Shown piece after piece: positions 8,653 through 19,387 of a stretch of DNA of 32,000 nucleotides (its first letter is position 1; the number at the start of each line of letters is the position of its first letter). The DNA is from Longivirga aurantiaca. GTDB lineage: Bacteria > Actinomycetota > Actinomycetes > S36-B12 > CAIYMF01. Made by a program: the position numbers and the translations under genes. The notes beneath the pieces are model-generated. The model was not told where the DNA came from and searched no databases. It saw only the letters and a list, made by a program, of their open reading frames with translations. The DNA lies in the NCBI RefSeq assembly GCF_042660085.1, contig NZ_JBHSTI010000008.1:780001-812000 (forward strand). Direction: 5' to 3'.

Positions 8653-9966
8653 TCAGGCCCTCGGCTTCGTCAGGCCGAACGTGGTCGGTCCGCTGTACCC
8701 CGGCAGCACCGTGCCGAGCTGCTCCACCGTCGCCCCGACCCGGTTGCGCAGGACGTCGGCGAGCACCGTGCGGTAGTCGGTCGTGACGGCCAGGTCGCCG
8801 TCGACCATCTCGTCGACGCCGAGCCCCGGCCAGGTGCCGTAGACCTGGCCGCCGTTGACGCCGCCGCCGAGGACGAACGTCGCGTTGCCCCAGCCGTGGT
8901 CGACGCCGTTGCTGTCGTTCTCGTACGCCCGCCGGCCGAACTCGGAGAGCGTCAGCACGGTCGTGCTGTCCATGGCGGAGCCCATGTCCTTGGCGAACGC
9001 CGCGAGCGCGGACCCGAGCTCGACGAGCTGGTTCCACATCCACCCCGCGCGCGGGTTGCCGGTGGGGCCGAGCCCTGCGTGCATGTCCCAGTTGCCGACG
9101 TCGAGGGTGACGGCCTGGACGCCGAGGCCCGACTTGATGATCCGGGCCACGTCCTTGAGCGTGTCGCCGAGGTCGCCGGACGGGTACACGGCGCCGTTCG
9201 CCGGGTGGTACGACGTCGCGGTGATCGCGGCGACGGTGGACAGCGCGCCGACCGTGGTCTGGGTGGCCGCGAGGACGGGGGCAGGAGCGCCAGCGTGCAG
9301 CATGGAGAGGGCGGTCGACCAGCGCGCGCGGTCCGACGAGGTGTTCACGCCGGCGATCGAGAAGTCGCCGAGGTCGTGCATCGCCAGCACCGGCACCGGC
9401 CCGATGACGGAGTCGGGGACGTCGCCCCAGCCCATCTGCACCGCGGCGAACGGGCCGCTCGGCGTCGTGAGGCCGAGGGTGCGCCCGATCCAGCCGGTCC
9501 GCGTGCTCGAGCCCACGGCGGCGTTCTCCATCTCGACCATGGCGTCGAAGTGCGAGCGGTTGGGGTTGGGGAGGCCGGTGGCGTGCACGACCGCGAGCGA
9601 GCCGTTGTCGTAGAGAGGCTTGAGCGCCGACAGGCCCGGGTGCAGGCCGAAGAAGCTGTCGAGCTGCACCGTCGCCGCGGCAGGGACACCGATGCCGGGT
9701 CGGCGGGCGAGGTAGTCGGGGTCGCCCACCGGCACGACGGCGTTGAGCCCGTCGAATCCTCCGCGCAGCGAGATCACGACCACCGTGTCGCCGGTCCAGT
9801 TCGCGGCGTACGCGACCTGGGTCGACACGGTCTCGAGGACGGGGAGCGTGACCAGCGCGGCACCCGTGCCGAGCAGGCCGCGCAGCAGGCCGCGGCGGGT
9901 CACCGCGCCCGCGCGCTCGGCGCGGGTGCAGTCGTCGCAGCCGGTGCGGCTGTCGGTCGTCGTCAT
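8653..9966 (-). CDS. DUF1501 domain protein (alkaline-phosphatase/sulfatase-like fold) with twin-arginine signal
   Basis: MTTTDSRTGCDDCTRAERAGAVTRRGLLRGLLGTGAALVTLPVLETVSTQVAYA forms the Tat motif plus AxA site. Family motifs follow: SLRGGFDGLN, NRSHF, GNWDMH, LSEFGRR, VDHGWG. GAGGA lies 5 nt upstream of the ATG (complement of 9964-9966). The track ORF start at 10020 is an overextension into the DUF1800 coding end. Confidence 0.85.
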   Translation of the reverse strand: MTTTDSRTGCDDCTRAERAGAVTRRGLLRGLLGTGAALVTLPVLETVSTQVAYAANWTGDTVVVISLRGGFDGLNAVVPVGDPDYLARRPGIGVPAAATVQLDSFFGLHPGLSALKPLYDNGSLAVVHATGLPNPNRSHFDAMVEMENAAVGSSTRTGWIGRTLGLTTPSGPFAAVQMGWGDVPDSVIGPVPVLAMHDLGDFSIAGVNTSSDRARWSTALSMLHAGAPAPVLAATQTTVGALSTVAAITATSYHPANGAVYPSGDLGDTLKDVARIIKSGLGVQAVTLDVGNWDMHAGLGPTGNPRAGWMWNQLVELGSALAAFAKDMGSAMDSTTVLTLSEFGRRAYENDSNGVDHGWGNATFVLGGGVNGGQVYGTWPGLGVDEMVDGDLAVTTDYRTVLADVLRNRVGATVEQLGTVLPGYSGPTTFGLTKPRA

Positions 9967-9974
9967 GGCGGTCC

Positions 9975-11555
9975 TCACCGGTACAGGTGGTAGGGCGTGT
10001 CGAGGAGCAGGGAGACCCACGAGCGCAGCCGCCAGGTCAGCACCGACGAGTCGGGGTTGAGCGGGCTCAACGGCTTCGCGCCGAGGAAGGTGATGACGGC
10101 GTCGCGATGCGGCGTGGGGAGGATGCGGCCGAACAGCTTGGTCGAGGCCTTGTCGACCATCTCGCCGTACGTCTTCGGCGAGGTGCTGCCGAAGAGGTAC
10201 GTCGCGAGGTCCGGGCGGACGAGGTCGCCCGTGCCCCAGCCCTCGACGAGGTAGCGGCTCGTCGACCAGCGGTTGAGCGTCGTCGCCGTCGAGAGCCAGG
10301 TCTCGGCCCGCTCAGGGAAGCCGTCGGGCTGCGACCAGGCCATGGGCTGCTGGCCCATGCCCCGGCACTGCCACACGAGCGAGTTCACGGCGTCGGTGCC
10401 GGACGGCCCGGGCCCGACACCCATCACGCGCAGCGTGGCGGCGACGTGCTCGAGCGGACGCCGCACCTTCAGGCCGCGGGCCGAGGCGAACTCCGCCGAC
10501 GCCAGCACCTGGCGCACGACGGGGGCGATCGCGGTGTTGTTCGCCGTGTACGTCTTCGCGAGCGCCGCGACGAGTGCGGGCGACGGGTCGTCCGAGACGA
10601 ACCGCTGGGCGATGCGGTAGCAGACGCGCTGCGCGGTCTTGGGGTGCTTGGCGAGGTACGAGACGAGGGCCTTGGCCACGGTCTCGCCGCCACCCGCGGT
10701 CGCGTTCGCGTGGGTGAAGCCGAAGACCGACACCGGGCCGACCCAGTGCATCCACGACTGGTACGAGAACTCGCCGGTGTCGTCGTTCACCGTCATGCCG
10801 GTGAGGACGCGGGCGGCGTTCTTGATGTCGTTCTCGTCGTACCCCGCGTCCACCCCGATCGAGTGCAGCTCGAGGAGCTCGCGGCCCTGGTTCTCGTTGG
10901 GCGCGTACTTCGTCGAGTCGCGGTTGTTGAGGTAGGTCAGCATCGCCGGGTGGCGGGTGATGCCCCAGAGCAGGTCCTCGAAGCGTCCGAGCGCCTTGCT
11001 GCGGATCGTGTACTGGTAGTTCGCGCGCGACTCGTTCGTGCCGTCGTGGGGGACCGTCACGTTGAACAGGTCGCTCCAGAGCTCCTCCATCACGGTGTGG
11101 AGCTGGCGGGTGGACCACACCGAGCGGATGACGAGCGACTTCGGCACCGACATGAACTGCTGCCAGCCGTCGATGGTCCCGGCGTCGAGGCGGGCCTTGA
11201 CCGTCGTGATGGCCGTGCCGTCGTTCGGCACCGGGAGGCGGGCGAGGAGCGCACCCACCTGCGGGTCGGGGATCGAGTACGGAGCGAGCTGCCACTCGAC
11301 CCAGCCCGCGAGACCGAGCCGGCTGACGTCGGCGAGCGACTTCGGGCTCGGGCCGTACGACGCCCGGCGCAGCAGGTGGTGCCGTGCGCTCGGCGTGATG
11401 TACGAGCCCCCGGTGGTGGCGGCCGCGGCGGGCGAGGCGGCGACCACCGGGACGGCCGCGGCTGCGGCCACGACCGCAGCCCCCTGCAGGACCCGTCGCC
11501 GGGTCGGTCGCGCTGTCGTCACGTCGCTGGGCAGCGCTGTGTCGGCATGGCTCAC
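9975..11555 (-). CDS. DUF1800 domain protein with twin-arginine signal
   Basis: The GTG start (complement of 11553-11555) is preceded by GGAGGGG 6 nt upstream. The N-terminus is VSHADTALPSDVTTARPTRRRVLQGAAVVAAAAAVPVVAASPAAAA (Tat-type). Next come HLLRRASYGPSP, WVEWQL and HPAMLTYLNNRDSTKYAPNENQGRELLELHSIGVDAGYDENDIKNAARVLTG, typical of DUF1800. Confidence 0.85.
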   Translation of the reverse strand: MSHADTALPSDVTTARPTRRRVLQGAAVVAAAAAVPVVAASPAAAATTGGSYITPSARHHLLRRASYGPSPKSLADVSRLGLAGWVEWQLAPYSIPDPQVGALLARLPVPNDGTAITTVKARLDAGTIDGWQQFMSVPKSLVIRSVWSTRQLHTVMEELWSDLFNVTVPHDGTNESRANYQYTIRSKALGRFEDLLWGITRHPAMLTYLNNRDSTKYAPNENQGRELLELHSIGVDAGYDENDIKNAARVLTGMTVNDDTGEFSYQSWMHWVGPVSVFGFTHANATAGGGETVAKALVSYLAKHPKTAQRVCYRIAQRFVSDDPSPALVAALAKTYTANNTAIAPVVRQVLASAEFASARGLKVRRPLEHVAATLRVMGVGPGPSGTDAVNSLVWQCRGMGQQPMAWSQPDGFPERAETWLSTATTLNRWSTSRYLVEGWGTGDLVRPDLATYLFGSTSPKTYGEMVDKASTKLFGRILPTPHRDAVITFLGAKPLSPLNPDSSVLTWRLRSWVSLLLDTPYHLYR

Positions 11556-11770
11556 GGGAGGCCCCTCCGCCCCGGGCCCCCACGGCCCGTCGAGACCCCT
11601 TCGACGCGAACCCGGCGGGGGCTGAGGGCCCTTCCCCCGTGCGGCGCAGCCCGTCACCCACGTGAGCAGGCAGGTCCACCCGTACGCCTGCGCGCCGTCA
11701 CGCAGCGTCGTCGCGGCCCGGGACGTGCCGGTGCGCGGACCGTCCGGCCGACCGCGGGCTCGCGCCGGGT

Positions 11771-11786
11771 GTTACTGGCGGGTAAC
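11771..11786. promoter_or_regulatory. inverted repeat GTTAC-N6-GTAAC in the DUF1800/etfB divergent intergenic region (candidate operator)
   Basis: GTTACTGGCGGGTAAC is one of the few relatively AT-containing sites in the 346-nt divergent region. The arms are 5 nt, so chance occurrence cannot be excluded. Confidence 0.2.
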
Positions 11787-11793
11787 CTGTGCT

Positions 11794-11844
11794 GGGATGC
11801 AGGACGGGGGCGGTGGCCGCACGCGGAACGCCCCCAGGCATCCT
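11794..11844 (+). other. extended two-stem hairpin upstream of etfB (function unknown)
   Basis: The outer stem pairs GGATGC (11795-11800) with GCATCC (11838-11843), plus G-U extensions. The inner stem pairs GGGGGCG (11806-11812) with CGCCCCC (11829-11835) around a 16-nt loop. It lies 58 nt upstream of the etfB ATG and has no U-tract. Confidence 0.3.
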
Positions 11845-11901
11845 GTGGAGCACGTTCCCGTCCATGAGCCGCGCGCTCGTCGAGGAGGTCGGACACCGAC
11901 C

Positions 11902-12681
11902 ATGAAGATCGTCGTCCTGGTCAAGCATGTGCCGGATGCCGCGGGTGACCGTGGGTTCGCTGCTGACCGCACCACTGACCGAGCCGCTGTCGACGGCCGC
12001 CTGTCCGAGCTCGACGAGTACGCCGTCGAGCAGGCTCTGCAGGTGGTCGAGAAGGCGGGCGAGGGTGAGATCACCTACCTGACCATGGGCCCCGAGGCCG
12101 CCGGCGAGGCGCTGCGCAAGGCGCTGTCGATGGGCGGCGATGCCGCGGTGCACGTCGTCGACGACGCGCTGCACGGCAGCGACGCGCTCGCGACGTCGCT
12201 GGTGCTGGCCAAGGCCCTGGGCACCCTGGAGTACGACCTCGTCGTGTGCGGCATGGCCTCGACCGACGGCACGATGAGCGTGGTGCCGGCGATGCTGTCC
12301 GAGCGGCTCGGCCTGCCCGGCCTGACCTTCGCGTCGTCCCTCGCCGTCGAGGGTTCGACCGTGACGATCCGTCGTGACGGCGACGACGCCTCGACGACGA
12401 TCACGGCGTCGCTGCCGGCGCTGGTGAGCGTCACCGACCAGACCGGTGAGGCCCGCTACCCGTCGTTCAAGGGGATCATGGCGGCGAAGAAGAAGCCGGT
12501 GACGACGCTGACGCTGGCCGACCTCGGCATCGACCCGGCCTCGGTCGGTCTCGGTGCGGCGTGGTCCGTGGTGGAGGACGCCTCCAAGCGTCCGCCGCGT
12601 CAGGCCGGCGTCGTGGTCACCGACGAGGGCGACGGCGGCGTGAAGCTCGCCGAGTTCCTCGCGACCGGCAAGTTCATCTGA
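11902..12681 (+). CDS. etfB: electron transfer flavoprotein subunit beta
   Basis: [19 protein letters not shown]...[12 protein letters not shown]...[12 protein letters not shown] is the canonical EtfB/FixA sequence. GAGGAGG lies upstream of the ATG. The track ORF start at 11662 is an overextension. Confidence 0.9.
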   Translation: MKIVVLVKHVPDAAGDRGFAADRTTDRAAVDGRLSELDEYAVEQALQVVEKAGEGEITYLTMGPEAAGEALRKALSMGGDAAVHVVDDALHGSDALATSLVLAKALGTLEYDLVVCGMASTDGTMSVVPAMLSERLGLPGLTFASSLAVEGSTVTIRRDGDDASTTITASLPALVSVTDQTGEARYPSFKGIMAAKKKPVTTLTLADLGIDPASVGLGAAWSVVEDASKRPPRQAGVVVTDEGDGGVKLAEFLATGKFI

Positions 12682-12695
12682 GAGGCGTGGCAGTC

Positions 12696-13649
12696 ATGGG
12701 ACAGATCCTCGTTGTTGTCGACCACGCCGACGGCGCGGTCAAGAAGCCGACCACCGAGCTGCTCACGATCGCGCGCCGCATGGGCGAGCCGGTCGCCGTG
12801 TTCCTCGGCCAGGGCTCGGCGAACGCGCTCGACACCCTCGGCCGCTTCGGCGCCACGACGGTGTTCGTCGTGGACGCCCCCGAGCTCGACTCGACGCTGG
12901 TCGCGGCCAAGGCCGAGGCCCTGGCAGCGGTCGTGGCGCAGGTGGGCCCGTCAGCGGTGCTGGTGACGAGCTCCGCCGAGGGCAAGGAGATCGCCGCGCG
13001 CCTGGCGGTCAAGACCGGCAGCGGCATCATCACCGACGCGGTCGATGTCGCCGCGGACGGCACGGCCACGCAGTCGGTGTTCGCGGGCTCGTGGTCGGTG
13101 CAGGCCAAGGTCACCACCGGCACGCCGATCATCACGGTGAAGCCCAACGCGGCTGCGCCGGAGGAGGCCCCGGCCACCCCCGCGGTCGAGAACGTCGCCG
13201 TGACCTTCAGCGAGGTCGCGACGTCGGCGAGGATCACCGGCGTCGAGCCGCGCGCCAAGTCCGGTCGCCCCGAGCTCACCGAGGCCGCGATCGTGGTCTC
13301 CGGCGGGCGCGGTGTGGGCGGGCCGGAGGGCTTCGCCACGGTCGAGGCGCTCGCCGACGCGCTCGGTGCCGCGGTCGGCGCCTCGCGCGCCGCCACGGAC
13401 GCGGGCTGGTACCCGCACGCGTTCCAGGTGGGGCAGACCGGCAAGACCGTGTCGCCGCAGCTGTACATCGCGAACGGCATCTCGGGTGCGATCCAGCACC
13501 GTGCGGGCATGCAGACGTCCAAGACCATCGTCGCGGTCAACAAGGACGCCGAGGCCCCGATCTTCGAGCTCGCCGACTACGGCGTCGTGGGCGACCTGTT
13601 CACGGTCGTCCCGCAGCTCACCGACGAGGTCGTCAAGCGCAAGGGCTGA
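12696..13649 (+). CDS. etfA: electron transfer flavoprotein subunit alpha
   Basis: [24 protein letters not shown]..., and the C-terminal FAD-binding signature [31 protein letters not shown]. It starts 14 nt after the etfB stop. An in-frame GTG at 12687 is an alternative start. Confidence 0.9.
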   Translation: MGQILVVVDHADGAVKKPTTELLTIARRMGEPVAVFLGQGSANALDTLGRFGATTVFVVDAPELDSTLVAAKAEALAAVVAQVGPSAVLVTSSAEGKEIAARLAVKTGSGIITDAVDVAADGTATQSVFAGSWSVQAKVTTGTPIITVKPNAAAPEEAPATPAVENVAVTFSEVATSARITGVEPRAKSGRPELTEAAIVVSGGRGVGGPEGFATVEALADALGAAVGASRAATDAGWYPHAFQVGQTGKTVSPQLYIANGISGAIQHRAGMQTSKTIVAVNKDAEAPIFELADYGVVGDLFTVVPQLTDEVVKRKG

Positions 13650-13666
13650 GCGGTCCACGCACGTCC

Positions 13667-13700
13667 CGAGGGGCCCGGCCGGTCACGGCCGGGCCCCTCG
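13667..13700 (+). terminator. 15-bp perfect GC-rich hairpin after etfA (U-tract-less intrinsic terminator candidate)
   Basis: CGAGGGGCCCGGCCG (13667-13681), loop GTCA, CGGCCGGGCCCCTCG (13686-13700). The outer pairing GCACG/CGTGC extends it. It begins 18 nt after the etfA stop. Confidence 0.6.
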
Positions 13701-13713
13701 GCGCGTGCTGACC

Positions 13714-13719
13714 TACACT
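13714..13719 (+). promoter_or_regulatory. -10 element TACACT placed 7 nt before the cysteine desulfurase GTG (leaderless start predicted)
   Basis: Matches the actinobacterial TAnnnT -10 consensus. There is no SD between it and the GTG at 13727. Confidence 0.45.
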
Positions 13720-13726
13720 CGCGGGC

Positions 13727-14911
13727 GTGGTGGATGCGACAGGGCGCGAGGCGGTCTACCTCGACCACGCGGCGACCACCCCGCTGCGCCCCGAGGCGCG
13801 CGCGGCCCTGCTCGCCGAGCTGGACCTCGTCGGCAACCCGTCCTCCCAGCACAGCGCCGGTCGTCGCGCCCGTCGCGTGGTGGAGGAGTCGCGCGAGTCG
13901 ATCGCCATCGCGCTCGGCGTCCGCGCCGGGGACGTCGTGTTCACCTCGGGCGGCACCGAGGCCGACAACCTCGCCGTCCTCGGCCTCTACCGGGCGCGCC
14001 GGTCCGAGGACCCTCGGCGCACCCGCGTGATCGCGAGCGCCGTCGAGCACCATGCCGTGCTCGACCCGGTCGACTGGCTCGGCGAGCACGAGGGTGCCGA
14101 GATCTCCTGGCTCCCGGTCGACGACGTCGGACGCGTGGACCTCGCGTGGCTCAAGGCCGAGCTCGACGAGCACGCGGACGAGGTCGCGCTCGTCACCGTG
14201 ATGTGGGCGAACAACGAGATCGGCACGGTGCAGCCGGTCGCCGAGGTGGCCACGCTCTGCGCCGACCGCGGGATCCCGTTCCACAGCGACGCCGTGCAGG
14301 CGGTCGGGTCGCTCGAGGTCGACGCGTCGGTCGTCGACTCGCTCGCGCTGTCCGGCCACAAGTTCGGTGCACCCGTCGGCGTCGGCGCCCTCGTGCTGCG
14401 GCGCGGCCTCAGCCCCGTGCCCCTCGTCCACGGAGGCGGGCAGGAGCGCGAGATCCGGTCGGGCACGGTCGACGCCGCCGGCATCGCGTCCCTGGCCGCC
14501 GCGCTCACGGCGTCGATGGCCGACTTCGACGTGCGCACCGCGCGCATCGCCCGGCTGCGCGACGACCTCGTCGCCCACGTGCTCGCCACGGTGGACGGCG
14601 TGTCCCGCAACGGCGACCCCTCCTGCAGCCTCCCGGGCATCGCGCACCTGTCGTTCGAGGGGTGCGAGGGCGACTCGCTCCTGCTGCTGCTCGACGCGGC
14701 GGGGGTCGAGTGCTCGCGCGGGTCGGCCTGCTCGGCGGGGGTGCCGCAGCCCAGCCACGTCATGCTCGCCCTGGGGGTCGAGCCGGTCGCCGCGCGCGGG
14801 TCGCTGAGGCTCTCGTTGGGGTGGAGCTCCACCGACGACGACGTCGCCCGCCTCGTCGAGGCGCTGCCGGCCGTCGTGGCACGGGCGCGTCGAGCAGGGG
14901 TCGGCCGGTGA
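13727..14911 (+). CDS. iscS: cysteine desulfurase, NifS/IscS family (PLP-dependent)
   Basis: [19 protein letters not shown], the PLP-lysine motif [15 protein letters not shown], and the catalytic-Cys loop GSACSAG. It sits directly upstream of mnmA, like Rv3025c/Rv3024c. Confidence 0.9.
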   Translation: MVDATGREAVYLDHAATTPLRPEARAALLAELDLVGNPSSQHSAGRRARRVVEESRESIAIALGVRAGDVVFTSGGTEADNLAVLGLYRARRSEDPRRTRVIASAVEHHAVLDPVDWLGEHEGAEISWLPVDDVGRVDLAWLKAELDEHADEVALVTVMWANNEIGTVQPVAEVATLCADRGIPFHSDAVQAVGSLEVDASVVDSLALSGHKFGAPVGVGALVLRRGLSPVPLVHGGGQEREIRSGTVDAAGIASLAAALTASMADFDVRTARIARLRDDLVAHVLATVDGVSRNGDPSCSLPGIAHLSFEGCEGDSLLLLLDAAGVECSRGSACSAGVPQPSHVMLALGVEPVAARGSLRLSLGWSSTDDDVARLVEALPAVVARARRAGVGR

Positions 14912-15999
14912 GGGTCGTCGCGGCGCTGTCCGGCGGCGTCGACTCCGCGGTCGCCGCCGCGCGCGCGGTCGAGGCGGGGCACGACGTCACCGGCATCCAC
15001 CTCGCGCTCGCACGCAACCCGCAGAGCCACCGGACGGGTGCGCGCGGCTGCTGCACGCTCGAGGACGCGCGCGATGCGCGACGCGTGGCCGACGTGCTCG
15101 GGATCCCGTTCTACGTCTGGGATCTCTCCGAGCGGTTCGCCGAGGACGTCGTGGACGACTTCGTCGCCGAGTACGCCGCCGGTCGCACCCCCAACCCCTG
15201 CCTGCGCTGCAACGAGAAGATCAAGTTCTCGGCGGTGCTCGACCGCGCGCTCGGCCTCGGCTTCGACGCCGTCGCCACCGGCCACTACGCCCAGATCGTG
15301 GACGGCCCCGGAGGGCGCGAGCTGCACCGCGCCGCGGACGAGGCCAAGGACCAGTCGTACGTGCTGGCCGTGCTCGACGCCGCGCAGCTCGCCGGCGCGA
15401 TGTTCCCCCTCGGCGGCTCGACCAAGCACGAGGTGCGTGCCGAGGCCGCCCGCCGGGGCCTGCTCGTAGCGGACAAGCCCGACAGCCACGACATCTGCTT
15501 CATCCCCGACGGCGACACCGGAGGCTGGCTGCGAGACCGCCTCGGCGAGGCACCGGGCGACATCGTCGACGCGGAGTCGGGGGAGACCCTCGGGCACCAT
15601 GACGGCGCCTTCGCGTTCACCGTCGGACAGCGCCGCGGGCTGCACCTCGGCCGCCCGGCGGACGACGGCGGGCGCCGCTACGTGGTCGGGGTCGACGTGC
15701 CGAGCTCGACGGTGCTCGTCGGCCCGCCGGTGCTGCTCGAGGTCGACCGGGTCGAGGGGGTGCGGCCGCGCTGGTGCGGCGCCGCCCCGGACGGGCCGCT
15801 CGAGGGCACGGTGCAGCTGCGCGCCCACGGCGAGCCGATCGAGGCCGTCGTCGCGCGGGAGACCGCCGCGGACGGCGAGGTGCTCGTCGCGTCGCTGCGC
15901 ACCCGCACGCGCGGCGTCGCGCCGGGGCAGGCCGTCGTCGTGTACGACGGCACCCGCGTGGTCGGCAGCGCCACCATCAGCCGCACCTCCCGGCTCTGA
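14908..15999 (+). CDS. mnmA: tRNA 2-thiouridine(34) synthase
   Basis: The GTG start overlaps the upstream stop as GTGA (14908-14911). PP-loop [28 protein letters not shown] and KDQSYVL are present. This is the 363-aa 3' part of track ORF 13312..15999. Confidence 0.9.
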   Translation: MRVVAALSGGVDSAVAAARAVEAGHDVTGIHLALARNPQSHRTGARGCCTLEDARDARRVADVLGIPFYVWDLSERFAEDVVDDFVAEYAAGRTPNPCLRCNEKIKFSAVLDRALGLGFDAVATGHYAQIVDGPGGRELHRAADEAKDQSYVLAVLDAAQLAGAMFPLGGSTKHEVRAEAARRGLLVADKPDSHDICFIPDGDTGGWLRDRLGEAPGDIVDAESGETLGHHDGAFAFTVGQRRGLHLGRPADDGGRRYVVGVDVPSSTVLVGPPVLLEVDRVEGVRPRWCGAAPDGPLEGTVQLRAHGEPIEAVVARETAADGEVLVASLRTRTRGVAPGQAVVVYDGTRVVGSATISRTSRL

Positions 16000-16037
16000 C
16001 GCAGCCGCGCCGGTCCGGAGCGCCCGGCCCGTGCGCG

Positions 16038-16043
16038 TAGGGT
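16038..16043 (+). promoter_or_regulatory. -10 element TAGGGT placed 6 nt before GTG 16050 (leaderless start predicted)
   Basis: TAnnnT match. There is no SD in the 50-nt spacer after mnmA. Confidence 0.45.
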
Positions 16044-16049
16044 CGGCGG

Positions 16050-19293
<3,244 letters not shown>

Positions 19294-19387
19294 CAGCGGT
19301 CAAGGAACCCCCCCTTTCGGCCGAAGCACCTCCTGAGGGCTGAGCGTCACCGGTCGGTGGCGCTGGCCAGCCACGTCCGGAGGGGTC

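Noticed and set aside
11654-11896. 80-aa minus-strand ORF inside the DUF1800/etfB intergenic region
   Set aside because: The translation is Arg/Pro-rich (…RPRPASQHRLPASNTRREPAVGRTVRAPARPGPRRR…). It has no SD or -10 in register and no recognisable fold features, so it is most likely spurious.
11864-11905. 13-codon uORF ([13 protein letters not shown]) whose TGA overlaps the etfB ATG as ATGA
   Set aside because: It has no SD or leaderless -10 signal and no amino acid bias suggestive of attenuation. The GAGGAGG inside it is better explained as the etfB SD. It could be real but is not supportable from sequence alone.
19316-19371. Perfect 10-nt palindromes TTCGGCCGAA (19316-19325) and GCTGGCCAGC (19362-19371) upstream of the first GGDEF-EAL gene
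   Set aside because: They are short GC-rich palindromes with no loop, so they cannot form RNA hairpins. I saw no second copy elsewhere in the window, and they are compatible with chance in this composition. They are noted only as weak operator candidates.
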